From Vicugna vicugna (lineage: Eukaryota), in contig MU057744.1 in NCBI GenBank assembly GCA_013265495.1, positions 2,183,370 to 2,247,369 of the forward strand: a DNA stretch of 64,000 nt. The letters are read 5' to 3'. The notes under the pieces were generated by a model. That model was not told the origin of the DNA, made no database searches, and saw nothing but the letters and a program-made list of their open reading frames with translations. The translations under genes and the position numbers were made by a program. This document shows positions 37,692 through 51,633 of the stretch, piece by piece (the first letter of the stretch is position 1; each line of letters begins with the position of its first letter).

Positions 37692-38153
37692 AAAAATGAA
37701 ACTCCTTTTGTTTCTCCTTTCTGATTCTAATCTAGAAACACAACCTTATCCAAAAGCGTGCCTGACGTGATCATCTTGGGCGTAACGGCTCCACAGGAGG
37801 GTATGAATGTTTCCTGTGACCACAACAAGCCGAAGCCTCTAGAACAGACAGAGCTTCGCTGAAACAGACAAACAGCCCAGCCACCCCTAATGCTGGCCAG
37901 CGTCTGAAGCAATATATCAAAATTAGATGAAACCAGATTAAGTATGGCTTCTTACTTCAATCTGATTACTGAGAGTCTGAGGCTAAAACCATAAACTTCA
38001 GTCTCTGTAGAATTCCTCCAGCATGAACACTGTGCAACAGCAAACTTTTCGAAAGCAAGGGCCGGTCACTTCCTTTCTATGTGTGTTCCCAAGCCTTGGC
38101 ACAAAGTGTAGTACTCCTTAGTCATTTTATGTGCTTGTATTATTTATCTAAGA

Positions 38154-38510
38154 CAGGGGTTGGCCCCCTGCAGCTTGCAGGCCAAATCTGACTGGCTGCC
38201 TGTTTTTGTAAATAAAGTTTTATTGGAACACAGCCACACCCAATGACTTGCATATTACTCTTCAATACTGTCCATGCCTGCTGTTCCTCGGGGACTGCAG
38301 AGTTGCGACAGAGGCATTGCTGTTGCAAAGTCAGAAGTATTTAGTGGGGAGGGTGTAGCTCAGTGGTAGAGCGTGTGCTTAGCATGCACGAGGTCCTGGG
38401 TTCAATCCTCAGCACCTCCGTTACAGAAATAAATAAATAAACCTAGTTAACCCCTGCAAAAAACAAATAAAAAAAAACCCAAAATATTTACTGTCTTTTT
38501 AGAGAAACTA
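38154..38510 (+). mobile_element. MER58A (hAT-Charlie) interrupted by a SINE
   Basis: 'caggggttggc...gccaaatctg...gcctgtttttgtaaataaagttttattggaacacagccac'. Confidence 0.85.
38346..38480 (+). mobile_element. tRNA-derived SINE (Vic-1-like), well preserved
   Basis: GGGGAGGGTGTAGCTCAGTGGTAGAGCGTGTGCTTAGCATGCACGAGGTCCTGGGTTCAATCC; approximate TSD aagtatttagtg/aaatatttactg. Confidence 0.95.
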
Positions 38511-39449
38511 TTTTTGTCTCCAGATAAAAGGTGTTTTTTTTTTAATTTTTAGAAAAAATATTTTACCCAGCCCAGATATAAGAGAAAGACATTATCAAAA
38601 AAAAAAAAAATCTTTTCTGCTGGTACCTTCTGGCATTAAAATTATGGAGCACAAGACCTCATTTTTGAGTCAGCAAGTGCAAAATGAACACCAGTGCGAA
38701 CATTCACTCAAGAACCGGACCTAATTCTCCTCTCCTGTGAGCTTTCCCTTCCCTCCTCCTCTGCGCATCAAGCCCTGTTCTAACAACGGACACCTTACCG
38801 GTTGTTTCAGTGTCTGGCTTCCTAATTAAATGAGACTCTTTCCTGGGGCGAAGAGTGGGTTTTAATTTTTTTACAGACCTTTGACACCTGCAGTGGAGCT
38901 GCGTAGACGCTAGGTGCTCAGTAACCGCTGGCTGAGGGAAGGGATGAATTGTAAGTAAGAGACTGCAGTCCAGGGACGTGGAAACTTTACGTTGCTATTC
39001 GTTGTATGCCTTCAGAATTGGGGGGAAATATTCTCAATAAATAGGCCAACCTGGCATGGTTAGAAGTGATAATACGGCCTTATCTGTAAACATTACCTGA
39101 AGGCATGACAGAGGTTGAAGGGACTACCAGTTTCAAGATAAAGTGAATTTCAAATGGCTGATAGACCAGTTCGGCTCCCTGACTGTGTGACATTGTCGGT
39201 TCTTCCTGTCCTGTCTTGAAAACTGCAGGTTTGTCTTTTTATCAAGCAGCCCTGCTGCCAACATCAGAGACAGACAACGGGACAAAACTTTGCTCAGTCC
39301 TGGTAAAGGAAACTGAAGGCTCCTCTAAGTTGGGTCATTTGGCAAGTTTCAGCCACTTTTCTTTCATTTACTGGTTAATTTTTTTCTTTATCAATAATTG
39401 ATCACTTATCATATATCAGGGACCAGATTATATACACTCACTTTCTTCT

Positions 39450-39635
39450 CATTTTTTAAAATTGAAGTCTAGTCAGTTTACAATGTTGTGTCAATTGCTG
39501 GTGTGCGGCATAGTGTTTCAGTCGTATGTACGCATACATGTGTTCTTTTTCATATTCTCTTCCATTACAGGTTGCTACAAGGTACTGAGTATCACTCCCT
39601 GTGCTGCACGGTAGACACCTGTTGCTGTCCGTTTG
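39450..39635 (-). mobile_element. Young L1 3' end fragment
   Basis: 'aaattgaagtctagtcagtttacaatgttgtgtcaatt...ccctgtgctg'. Confidence 0.88.
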
Positions 39636-40739
39636 CTTTTTAAAAAGCCTTCAACTCTGTGGAACGTTATGTGTGATAACAGACGCAAAGTTCTCACTGC
39701 TTGATCGTCTGTTTACGACTAGTCGTCTCAGACAATCCGTATGGGCCCCGTCCCGTTAGGAGGGGATACAGAGAACCACACGGGAATTTCACTCCCAGCA
39801 CCGAGAGTGTTGTCGGCTCTTCAGACTACTCACAGCCAGCCAGTGCCCAGGGGTCAAACAGGTAACAAAACGACTTCAGGAAGAACATGAAGGAAGCCAA
39901 AATGTCTGAACCTACGGTGGATAAGGAAAGAAAACGTACCATGCCTACGTTCTCCAAAGCCCCACACAGAAACAAAACCAGAAAATGGAGACAAGGAATT
40001 TGGAAAATGCTGACTGTCCTCCAAATTAAAGACATTGCAGATATTGAGGGTCAGAGATGAGTTATCTGTTATCCAAATCATCTTCCCATCCTAACTTTGA
40101 AATCACCACAACACTACTCTAATCTTCAAATAAATACTGGGTTCTCTTTACAGAGGGGAAAAATAATCCAAAGAGAGTGTCTAACATTTACTCAGCATCT
40201 CCCTGGAGCCTCACTGAGGAGAACGGACAGCTTTGCTTTCTCTTCGGCTTTGCACCAAGCACAGCTGGTATCACGCAAACCTTCTGGGGCTACGGCTGTG
40301 GGTTGGGGTCGACCTGGGTAGGGTGGCCGGAAACCTGTGCCTGGGCTGCAGGTGGCTGTGAGGCGGGGGAGAGGCTACTTTTCATGTTTCTGTTACCATT
40401 TATGCCTGATTCCATCCAATGAGCACTTCCTGTTAGAACACTGGAGACTAACACATGCTAGTGGTTTTGCGGAGGCTGCAGAGATATATTAAGAAACATT
40501 TATCTGTGCTGTGTGGAGCTCCTTGAGACTTAATGCCAATGCCAGCAAGTCAGCTGACTTTAAATTACGTGGCTCATTGTTAAATATTAATTACCAGTTT
40601 CTTGTGCACGGGGAGGAAAACTTTAATGGTCCCCTCCCACCATAAATTTCAGTTTAGACTAGTGCACAGAATTATATATCTTCTACTGCATGTCGTATAG
40701 AACAATACCAACACTCTCTGTGCTGTCCCTTCACAGGCA

Positions 40740-41210
40740 GCCCCTCCTCTTCACTCCCCAGCTCAGCAACCACTGACTGCCTTCAGGTAGTTATACAGAC
40801 TTTCTGTATAAAAAAGAGACAGGTTTTTTTATGTCTTTATTTTTTATCTGTATGACTTTGCACTGTCTTGTCTTATTGCATTGGCTAGAACTTCCAGCAC
40901 CAAGTGAAATAGGAGTGGTGAGAGAAGACGTCCCTCTCTTGCTCCTAAACTTAACAGGAAAAGCTCAGTATTTCCCATAAGCACGATGTTAACTCTGAAG
41001 TCCTTTGTGGACACCTTTTATCAGTTAGGAAGCTTCCTTCTAGTCCTAGGCTGCGTCCAGTTTTTGTTTGTTTTGTCAAGAATGGACGTTGAATTTTTGC
41101 CAAATGATTTCTCTGTATCTATTGAGAAGGTGGTATTTTTTTTTTCATCATTAGTGCTTTAATGTGGTAAACTACACTGAGTTTTGAAAGTCGAAGCAGG
41201 GTAGTTTAAA
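40740..41210 (-). mobile_element. Old L1M ORF2 fragment
   Basis: 'cttattgcattggctagaacttccagcac...aataggagtggtgagag...gttgaatttttgccaaatg'. Confidence 0.85.
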
Positions 41211-43365
41211 ATTACTGTTTGTATTTTCTGACCTCCCATTCACCTCCCAGAAGGTTGCTGTCTGACATTTATGCTCTCACTGCATGTACCTCTCTAGATA
41301 AGGTAGTAACGGCCCATGTTGTGCGATCCTTTCACGCCTTGTTTTATGTGTCTGTTAATAATGACCACGTTCGAGACCTGTTCTTTCCTGGTGTTCTTTT
41401 TCTGTTTGTTTTATGGGCCCTGCTTACCAATTACCCCTGTCCATGCTGGAGGTGTGTGCATCCCTTAAAATTTCATTTCTTGCTGTAAGCATTTATTTGT
41501 TCATTTATTTATTTACTCTCCAAGTCCATGTTTACAGAAGTCATACACATGCAGGTGTCTCCCAAACCCCAATCTCCCATCTAGAACCCTCTCTGGTGAG
41601 TTTTACGTCCAACACATGTATTAGGAGAGCCTTTGGTAATCAGAAAACTAGCCTCATCACCTTGCCTCAATCTTTCAAAGTTCTCTATTACTTTTAGCCT
41701 AAAAGTTATTAACCCATTAACCCTAAGTCCTGCTGACTTCTGCAGCTTTATTTCTTGTCTCTTCTTCACCTCTACCCTTAGCTGACGCATACAGAGTCAT
41801 TTTCTATATCAAGTCACACAGCTGTGTCACATCTGAGCCTCTGTACACATTGCTCCTTCTCTCTGTAACTCTTTTCTTAGTTTGTTTGTTTATTTTCTTT
41901 CACTAATTAAACATGAGTTGCTAGGTCTTTTTATTATTTTTGAAATTGCTCACATTAGTGTAGTGGATTTTGCTTAATTTACCCAGTTCCGCACATTTGA
42001 AAACTCTCTCTGTTCCAACCAGGGCATTGCTCACTGCCAACCTGCTACCGGTCCGGTACCATCTCAGGCTGAATCATCTCACAGAATGATCCATTTATTT
42101 GAATAATGAGTCACTCTTTTCTCTTTGAATTCCTCCACATTTTATTTCACTCCGTCTACTTCACTTCCTTTGCGAGGCTTCAGACCTACCCCTTCCCAGG
42201 CCAGGACGGTACTGGCTTGCTGTCTGCACTCCTTCTGCCTGCTCACCATGCAGTGCTGTGCTGTCACGTTGTAATTTTACTGCAATAACTGATTTACATG
42301 TTTATTTCACACACTCACATCTTAACTGTGCATCGTGGTGGGGGGCAATGTACTGACTCTTCAGCACCGGAGAGACCTTGCTCTGTGGTTGGCAACAAGC
42401 ACACATCTGCTGACTGAATAGCCCGTGAACCTAGAGTTTTGCCCTTATAAAGGCAACCCTGATTTCTGAAGACGTCAGCATTTTAGTTTAGCTTCAGACC
42501 TTAAGGCAAATTTTCGTCGGAGCAGGGTCTTCACGCTAAGGTGGGAGGTTCCAGCTGTATGTTGAAACAGAGAGGATCCCAGCAGCAAGGCTGGGAGTCG
42601 AAGGCTGCATCAGACGGCATGAAACAGCACAAAAGTCTGGGTGAGGTCAGGGCTCCGTCAGCCTGGACAGGTTTTGCACTGCAGAGGGCACCGGAAGGGG
42701 GACACGTCTCTGTGACAGGTGCCAAGAGGCAGAATAATGAAGCTGGCAGGCGCACAGATGCGTCATTTCAAAGCTGCCGTTCCTCAGCTAACGGCTTCCT
42801 CTCCCGTGTGTCTCTGTGAAAGATTTCCGGAGGCTGTGAGTGTGCGATGACTCACCCCTAAAGGTTAAGCACCGTCCTAACGGCCGGATGACGGATGCGG
42901 CGTAGGCTCCACGCTGCGCGGCAGCCGGACCTCCTCTTCGCCAGAGCTCTGAAGGGCCATTTCTCACACTTCACCCTTTGTGCCTGAAGGAAGTTAAACT
43001 TGTGGTTCTACTTTTTAAAAAACCTCTGTTTGAAAAAGTAAAAGTAAGTTTAAATACAACATAGCTTTGTGAAGTGTTTGCTTAAGTATATTCGGCTGTG
43101 GGCCAAGGTCAAAATAAGGGTCAAAGACCTCAGTCCGGAAAAAGAGTGAGTTATGGATGGCATCAGATTTGCATGGATACGATTAACCATCAAGGTCATG
43201 TCTACCAAGCCCCGTGTCTTGATACCAACTACGGTGGGAAATCCTTGACGGAGCTTCACTTTATCTACACGCTGGATTACTTGATGCTGGCGGGCCCCTC
43301 TCTGAAATGTAACGACGAGACCTAGGACTCAATGAGACTTGTGACCACAGGACTTCACCTTAGAA

Positions 43366-43700
43366 CAAGGGTTGGCAAATACGGCCCACGAGCAAAGCCC
43401 AGCCTGCTGCCTGTTTTGCAAGTCAAGTATTACCGGAACTCATCTCCAGCCATTCACTTGCTCACTGCCTATGGCCATCCTTCCCCCACGCCACGGGGAG
43501 GCAATCAGGTCCCTTATTTATACAGTTGACGGAGGGGCTGGGGTTGAACCCAGGACCTCGTGCGTGCCGGGCACACGCTCTGCCGCTGAGCTCGACCCTC
43601 TCCCTTCCTGTGACCGCTCTGCAGTAAGACGGCGGAGTCAAAGCGTTGTGACAGGGACCATCTCTGCCACAAACCAGGCGCGTTTACTATCTGAGCACCA
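43366..43700 (+). mobile_element. MER58A interrupted by a SINE
   Basis: 'caagggttggcaaatacggcccacgagcaaagcccagcctgctgcctgttttg...cgtttactatctg'. Confidence 0.8.
43493..43604 (-). mobile_element. tRNA-derived SINE
   Basis: 'ggggttgaacccaggacctcgtgcgtgccgggcacacgctctgccgctgagct'. Confidence 0.9.
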
Positions 43701-45439
43701 GCAGACAGCTCTCGGCCGCCGCCCTAGCAGGTCTCCAGCTTCGCTGTTCCCACTCCTTAGTGCCGGTTGTTTTATTATTGCAGGCATTCTCATTTAATTA
43801 TATGTTTTTTTAAATATAAACTGATGGCATGGGAGTGCCACAACAGAGACTGGTACTGATTCTAGAAAAACACAGTGAAAGCCAGTATCTGAAACAGCGG
43901 CACCGAATCGGGTATAGAAATCACGTAGAACGTCTAGGACTCCAGCTACTGCTACACTTCTCTCCCGTTTCCTACTCCGTACTTTAGAAACTGAAGCTGA
44001 AGAATTGTAAACAGTGTCATGTACACGCGTGGGCGCACGTGCACGCACACGCACGACGTGGAACCCTCATCAGCAGAACCAGAGTCAGGACCCAGGGCAG
44101 GGCTTCCACTGAAGGTGTCCAAAGCCAGTGTTTCACCGCAAAACATGGGCGGCGAAGACATTAGGAAAAGAGAGGAGACAGCAGCCAGTGCTGAGCTAAG
44201 AGTGGGGAGCATTAGCTGTGGCACGGCGGCAGCTCAGACTGCGAGGGGGCGCGGCAGGCCACCTGAGTCAGCCTGCCCTGCTGCGCTGTCCACGCCAGCC
44301 CGCGTTCCATTTTGGCTCCTTGGAACACATCGGATTTTATTAAGGAGTTTTATTAAGAGAACGAAGAGTGAATGGGGCTAGCTCCACGACAAGAGACTTG
44401 AGAACAAGAAATCAAACTTGAGAACGCAGATATCAGTAGGGAATCGGAAAGGCAGGAGGCTTTTTCAACAGGGGTGGAGCCTGGAGTGAGAAACGCGGCA
44501 TATTTGACACCGAGGAGAAGAAAGCGTGTCTTCTTGGCTCCGTGGTCACATCTGTCGCCCAGTGGGCACGTGGCGGCCCTGGACGTTTTGGGCAAACTTA
44601 GGGAACCTTGGGAAAGAGTGAATAAATGTAATGGTTCACTACATTACATTTCTGAAAAATCACACAGCCTCTGTTTTGCTGTTTCCAGTGACAAAACGGC
44701 AACCAGGTTTTACTACTTTGTTAGGAAACTATTCTTCATATTGATCCCAAATTCTCCCTTTAACGCCCTGAACTTACATCTATCTCAAGGAACCACACAA
44801 AGCAAGCTTGATACTTCTTTTGTAGAATTACTTTCAAATACAAAATCTAACGTTCTCCAGACCCTTCATTTACCAGGTCTAGTGTCTGAATTCCTTCCCC
44901 GTAGTCCCTGCCAGGAGACCTACACCCCCATCTGCACATGCTCTCTGCGCACATTTTGGTTTCTCTGTGTGTTGTCTAGAAATCAAGCTCACAGAGCGGC
45001 GGTTTCTTCTCGGAGGCAGTGAGGCTGCCACGTCACCTCGGACACTGTGCCCTCCACCTGCAATGCCCTTGAGGGTTATAGCAGATACTCCTGGAGCTGG
45101 GCAGCGGAGCCGTCTCCGACTGAGCTGGTATTTAATAATTCACTACTGCCCTCAGGCCTGGTCCACACAGTGCCTCCGCTCAGCAGCTCATCCTCTGCTC
45201 TGCAGCTGAACTCTGAATTTATTGACTTCCCTTGAGTCAATATGTAAAAAGCACTTAGTGTATTAGTCTGCCAAAAACCTAATAAAAGTCAGAATTTGGA
45301 TGTGGCTATCAAAGAAAGTAATGCGCTGAGAGTAATGGAGGCTATCCGTCTGGAGAAGTGGAGACAGAAGTTTGTCTTCAAATATTTAAGGATCAGTCAT
45401 ATGAAAAGGAGTTAGAGGCCAAGTTGCCCTGAACACCTG

Positions 45440-45640
45440 AGGATAAACTTGGTGATGGAATGTCCGGGTTTAAGTACTTGTTCAGATTCTGTTCTCTGAA
45501 CTTTCTTTTCCTGGTTTGCAAAATGACAGTTAAAAAGTCCCTACCTCCAAAGGTTGATGAAAGAATGTGTTTGAAACTGTTCAGCCTGACGTATGTGTGT
45601 TGACTTGGGCAAGTCATGTAGCTCCTCTAAGCTTGTCTTT
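45440..45640 (+). mobile_element. MIR fragments
   Basis: 'tctctgaactttcttttcctggtttgcaaaatgac' and 'tgacttgggcaagtcat'. Confidence 0.55.
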
Positions 45641-47211
45641 CTCACCTGCTCCCTCATTTAGGCGTTTCCCTGGTCACCTCTGCCTCCCAGAACAGCGGCC
45701 CCTGTCCTCACAGCACGGAGACCACCACGTGCTCCTGCTGTCCCACGGTTTCTCTCTTCTTGCACCGTGGTATGGACACCTCCTCCAGGCAGCAACCTGG
45801 GATGACAGTATGAATCACATTCCTTACTTCCTTTCTAAATCATTGTTTCATTGTATTTTTCTGGGTTGGTGGCTTACAGCACTGGGAGAGAAATTCTGAC
45901 AACTATTAATCTTTCATGGGCACAACTGGAAATCTCAGGCGTTCTTTAGTGATTTATCCAATAAATTAAATGTGTGTTTTAATTCCTTATCAAACGTGGT
46001 AGTGGATACGAATAATGTAGAATCTCTTCTTTCAAGAATCTTAAAATCTCAGGGCAAATGAAACAAAAGAAGACAAACAGGTCTATGTTTTCGCTGTGCA
46101 CTGTGTACCAACAGGCACATGTTACCTTTTAAAATTATTTGCAACGTGAGTGCCGCAGTGCTATCAATTAACTCTCATCGGAGACATTAGAGGCTTCACA
46201 GGGAGGTGATAATTTGATGCAGGTCTTGAAGTATGAAAAGCATTTAAGAGATGGAGGAAAATGGAGAGTCTTCTGTTAAGCCTTCTCGAGTCTCTTCCGT
46301 CCAAATGTGTTACTCACCCTTCCGTACTTTGTCTTCAGATTTATTGTATCGGTCACCCCTGATTGCTTTATAGTGCGTAGCCGGGTGGCGGTATCAGCTC
46401 CCGCCTGTGGGCCCTTGAGAGCAAGAACCATATCGGATATGAGTCATCTATGCAGCAGCCTCCTTCAAGTTGAAGTCCTCATGATTTAGTAAGGAATCTT
46501 CTGCCTTCTAGCCAAATGCAGCAAAATCTGGGAAAGTGTTTATGAAACGAGGCGGAAGCCAGGTGTTAGACTGAATGGGGGTGAAGGAGCCGGGAAAGGT
46601 CGGTAACATCAGATGCCACTAAGTTACAGGTCAAAGCTCATCGCAATACGCATGGAGCTGTTTCCACGTGATCTGTGCTGCGCCGTATTTGTCACATCAG
46701 GAACTGCTAGAAATGAGCACCCTGGCAGGAGACGTCGGCAATCTTTGCACTAGAGATGTTTACCATTATAGTCTTTGTTTCAACAAGGTTTGACTCGTGT
46801 TAAACTGCATCATTGATGGGAGATGTTTTCTGTAAAAATAAATCCTTTTTATGGTGTGAGAAGGTCTGAAAATGTGCTGGGAAGATTCTCCAGCATCTGC
46901 CAAAAAGTTTGGAGGAGGAAAATCAGAGAGAAAAATATGCTTACAGCCTTTCCATTTATCTAAACCTCAGAGTGTAGGGAGAATATGACAGGAATAAATT
47001 TAAAATGGGAAATTTCAGGTCAGAGTCCCAACAGAGAAGGCAAATTATGTATGAGGCTAAAAAAAATTAACTCATCATCTTTTCAATTAGTAAAAATTAT
47101 GAAAATTTTACTAAAATGACTGCATTTTATCGAATACAATAATACATACAATTTGAACAATAATGTAATCAACACTGAAGTATTATTACTTTTTTAAGTG
47201 AAGGAAGAAGC

Positions 47212-47650
47212 TGTAATAGTTTGAATAATGGACACCCCAAGATATCAAGTCATGATCGTCAAATGTGGAGATGTTACTTTATTTGCAAAAAAGGGGTGTC
47301 TGCAGGTGCAATGAGGAGAAAGATCTTGAGGTGGACAGATTATCCTGGGTTGTCAAGTGGCCACAGATGCAGTCACACGTCCTCGTAGGACAGAGGCAGA
47401 GGGAGGCAACACAGACAGGAGAGAAGGCAGGGACGGGAGGGAGGAGGCTGTAAGCCGAGGACGCCGACAGCCCCCAGGAGCTGGAAGAGGCAAGGAGTGG
47501 ATTCTTCCCAGGAGCCTCCAGGAGTGTGGTCCTTGCTGATACCTCGCTTTTGAACTTAAGATGTTCCGAATGGGGACAGAATAAACTTCTGTCGTTTCCA
47601 ACCATCCCGTTGGTGGCCATTTATTACAGCAGCCCTGGGAAGCTGACACA
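47212..47650 (+). mobile_element. Complete MLT1C/D-like solo LTR
   Basis: TG...CA termini with 5-bp TSD gaagc at 47207-47211 and 47651-47655; 'ttattacagcagccctgggaagctgacaca' end. Confidence 0.92.
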
Positions 47651-48497
47651 GAAGCTTTCCGAGTTTTACAGATTCAGCGTAACATGAACAATGACGAAGT
47701 GTCGAAATGCATTTTTAAATCGCCACGCTATGCACGTGAACATCAGTGGGATCACAACATTAAGCCTCTTAAATAAGGAGCAAGTTATTGCATAAGCAGG
47801 TGGTTATCAAAACAAGGAGGGAAGAACTAAAGCTGCAACAGAGGGAGCTAAATGCCCTATAGTCTGAGGCGAAACTCTGGTCGGGGAGGTTGACCTTGAC
47901 TTTAAAGGGCATATTCTTGAAGAGCTCTAGGAATGTATGCTTAATGTGATCAATTAAATCATGTTGCAATGGTCCTGTGGTTAATTCTGGTTAGACTGCC
48001 AAATATGCTGGCTGTTGCATTTCCCCTAAGTACACTGCACTGCCCTTTGGAATCTGTTTTACGAATTCAGGCCGTCATTAGAGACATTTGCATTGCTCTG
48101 CTCTAAGTGGATGAGAATGTCAGCCTTATCAGAATGGCACAAAGGTAATTCGTGGTTCAGCCAACATCCGTAAGTTATAAAACGAATGGCACTGAAATTG
48201 ATTTTTGTGGAATAGCTTAAAGAAATAACTTTCTCCCATAGCCTAGGACGATTCCAAGATACACCACAGTGCAGGGCCTAAAGGGTTGAAAAAGACTGAA
48301 ATCCCAGGGTGGGTACCGCAAGGGCCGATCTCCACAGACGGGAGAGGATGGGTACCAGGGCGGCACCTCTGCGGGGGTAACTCTGCGTGCTTGCGTTGCA
48401 CCCTTGGCACTGATACAGGTGTTTATGTGTTTTAAATGATTAAAATTCTGTTACTATGTTAACTCTCACCTGACAGAGTATCATTTTTACATGGACA

Positions 48498-48630
48498 GTG
48501 CATTAGTCTGCTGTGGCCGTAGTCATAAATAACACAGATTAGATGGCAGTAGATGACAACAAAAATACTTTCTCACCATTCTGGAGGCTAGAAGTCAGCA
48601 AGACGGGTTTCTCCCGGGGCCTTCCTCCCT
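48498..48630 (-). mobile_element. MLT1 LTR fragment
   Basis: 'cattagtctgctgtggc...ttctcaccattctggaggctagaagtc'. Confidence 0.75.
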
Positions 48631-51269
48631 GACAACGTGTCTTAAATTGTACAGTGCAACATACTATACAAAAAAGGGCTGTGCTACCAAATAGTTTTGG
48701 AAATTCTGGGTTAAACAAAGCTAGTATGTTTCTATCTTGGAACATTTCTCTGAGTCTTTGGTTTTTCTAAAGGGAAGTGATGTCAGGGAACACAACACGG
48801 ACGATTTATGAAACTCTTGGATCAGAGAAAATGTGGTAGACGGAGTGTCTCAGAACACACGTCCCTGAGGATGGAGACGCTGCTACTGCACGTTGTCTCT
48901 CCCCCATTAGGACTTCGTGGGCATCTATGTCTTGTTTATGCCACTAATTAGGTGACATCTTTATTATCCGTGTCTACATGCATGCATTGCCACGTCCCCC
49001 CGACTTGGGGGCTCAGTGTTGGGTTTCTGGATGTCTTCAGCCTAGAGGTGGCTGTGAAGCCCTGAGTGTACACGGCGTCTCAGAACAGGGCAAAGAGCAG
49101 AGCGCCCAGGGCCACCGCGCAGAGGAGGCTGCCTTTGGCCGCACGCGCAGACTCCGTCCTGACAGCTACGCAGAGGGGAGCTCCGGGAGGCTCCCGGGGC
49201 GCCGGAACAGGGCTGCCCCCCAAGTTCTCATCGACGCTAACAGTCTTCTAATGCCTGCTGCATGGGTATTAGCGTTATTTTCACAGGAGGAAATTGGATT
49301 TCAAAGATTTTATAATGGACCCAAGAGCCAGCCAGCAAATAAAACACATGGGCAGAATTTGAACACAAGGGTTTTGTTTGTTTTGTTTTGACTTGGACTT
49401 CTCCACTCTCTTCAGTCTACTATTAACCCAAGATTTCAAATGTGCTTATAAACCGTAGCATTACGGAGGTTCATGGGGCTTTCTGAGTACCCTTCCTTTG
49501 TCTTTAGAAACTGTTGAAGAAATATTTGTTTCTGGCTGGCAATGATTTGTCAAAGGGTTTAGTTAGTGGCTAAGTTAACACATAAGTTTTCTTTTTCTCC
49601 CCTCAAAAGCGCACTTCCACAGAGTCTACACATTTTCACACTTTCACACAAAGAAACCTTATCCGTCTATGAAGTGTTGTATATGTTTGCAATGAAGCAC
49701 TGCGCTGCAGATGTACTGCTCCTCACTTACGGAGTTGTGTGGGTTCAGCTATAAAAGATCTTAGGCTGGATAGAGTTCTCCCCAATATTTCTCATAGACA
49801 AATTACACAAAACATAAAAAATGAAGATGCAGGTAGAAAAATATCTGACAGATGAAGGGGCTTTGTGGTTGTAAAACATGGATTTTGCCTTCAAGGAGCG
49901 ATGCATAAGCCACATAAGAGATCAGAATACAGGCTCAAGTCCTTGTTTTCCAGCATAATTCTGTCTGGTTCCTATTTGTGAACAAAGCAAGCAGGTAACT
50001 TCCAGAATTGGCAGCTTCATGTATGACTCAGTATTATTGCTTCAAGGGGACAAATATTACTGCTAGAGGAAAATTCCTTTAGTATTCACCGGTCAATCTT
50101 AAACTTTAATTGTCTATTTCATAACTACTAATGTGCCTAGGTTTCAGTTTTAAAGACTAAGAAAGCCATGTTTAGGATAACAGAGTGATTTTCAGTAATT
50201 TATAAGATTAGAGTAGACCATGTAAAGACTGTTCATAGCAGTATTTGTTTAAAAAAACACAGCAAAATGTCTCATTTGAGGTCTAATTAAGGCAATCCGC
50301 GAAGTAATTAATATAAACTCACACTTCTAGAAAAAGAAAGAGAGATCAGAACACCTTTCTCAGTTTGACACCTCAGAGCTGAAGCAATTTCAATCCTTTT
50401 CATCAAAACAGCTTCTTCGGCTTCATAAAGATGACATTAAAAAACATGAGGTTTCACATTAATTCCCTTCTGTCTGCTGAGGTCTTTATCACTCTGCATT
50501 ATGACTTCAGTCTCCAGGATCCACAGGATAATTACAGCAAGAACGAAATAACTGGAGCATCATTTTAGACACATGTTGCAATTTGCAAGCTCGGGTTAAA
50601 TAGTTTTTTCATAGGTCATTACTTGAAAGTCGGATTTAAATTGCTACTCTACCCCACGTTAAAATGAAACCATCTAAATCCATAAAATTGTCGTTAAACA
50701 GTATCACGTCAACACTATCCACCATGAATCACTGCGCACTTACAAAGGGCGCTGGTAAACAGTCAATGGAATAAATACTCCGTATTTTGCACAGCTCTGA
50801 ACATATCTCGGTGCACCAACCCATGTACAACTATATCTAATAAATGAAACCCGGAAACAGAAAGTATTTCACTAAAGAACATCCTAGATAAACTTATTGG
50901 TGACAGAAGGAGCAGCAGATTGAAAGCACCCCCCACCCGCCCCCCACCCCACTCACAAAACAGCGCCTGGTGGTCTAGAGCAAAGAACGCCGGGGCAGAG
51001 CCCAGGACGTCGTGATGGAGCTCTGGGGTGGGTTCCCGTTACTGACGTGGGGGAAGGAAAGCCACTTCAGCTTCCCAGGTGTCGGATGAGGAGGACAAGC
51101 CACATTTCTCTGAATGCCCGACGTCAGTTCCTTTTCCGTGCGGTGAACATAAAGGCACCTTAGTTAGCAAGTTTGAACAGCGTGCACCGTTGTTTCAGGC
51201 ACTGTTCTAAGCACTTTATGCATATTTATGGGGCACACGGGTCATGGCGTTGCTTTTGTTCAAACAGGC

Positions 51270-51617
51270 GTGTGTACTGGGACACAAGGGATGGCTCACA
51301 TGTCTGACTGACTCTCTAAATGCACAGTTCCATGACTTAAGTGTCCTCATAGCCTTGTGCCTCCATTAACACAGTCCACTTCAGAACATGGTCACAGCCC
51401 CCCAGAGAAGCCCTGTACAGCCTGGCTGCCACCCCCGCTCCAACCTCCCCATCACTCTCAGCCTTATGAGACCACCGAACCACCTCCATCCATCGACTTG
51501 CCTGTTCTGAACATCCCCTGTAACTGGAATCAGGCAGTATAGCTGGAATTGGAGGATATAATTGGCATCATGCAGTTTGGAATCCTTTGTGACCGGCTTC
51601 TTTCACAGCATATTTTT
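51270..51617 (-). mobile_element. Old L1MB/MC 3' end; continues at 52490-53450
   Basis: 'tcgacttgcctgttctgaacat...aactggaatca...tttgtgaccggcttctttcacagcat'. Confidence 0.75.
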
Positions 51618-51633
51618 AAGTTTCATGCATCTT

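Noticed and set aside
38346..38420. tRNA-Ala(AGC) gene; same for the seven similar copies
   Set aside because: A and B boxes are present, but the copies are diverged, share a non-tRNA tail and have TSDs, so they are SINEs
39826..40440. Possible exons (purine-rich + strand stretch; minus-strand 'ctaacag' acceptor near 40430)
   Set aside because: Frames close quickly and I recognise no homologue; insufficient support
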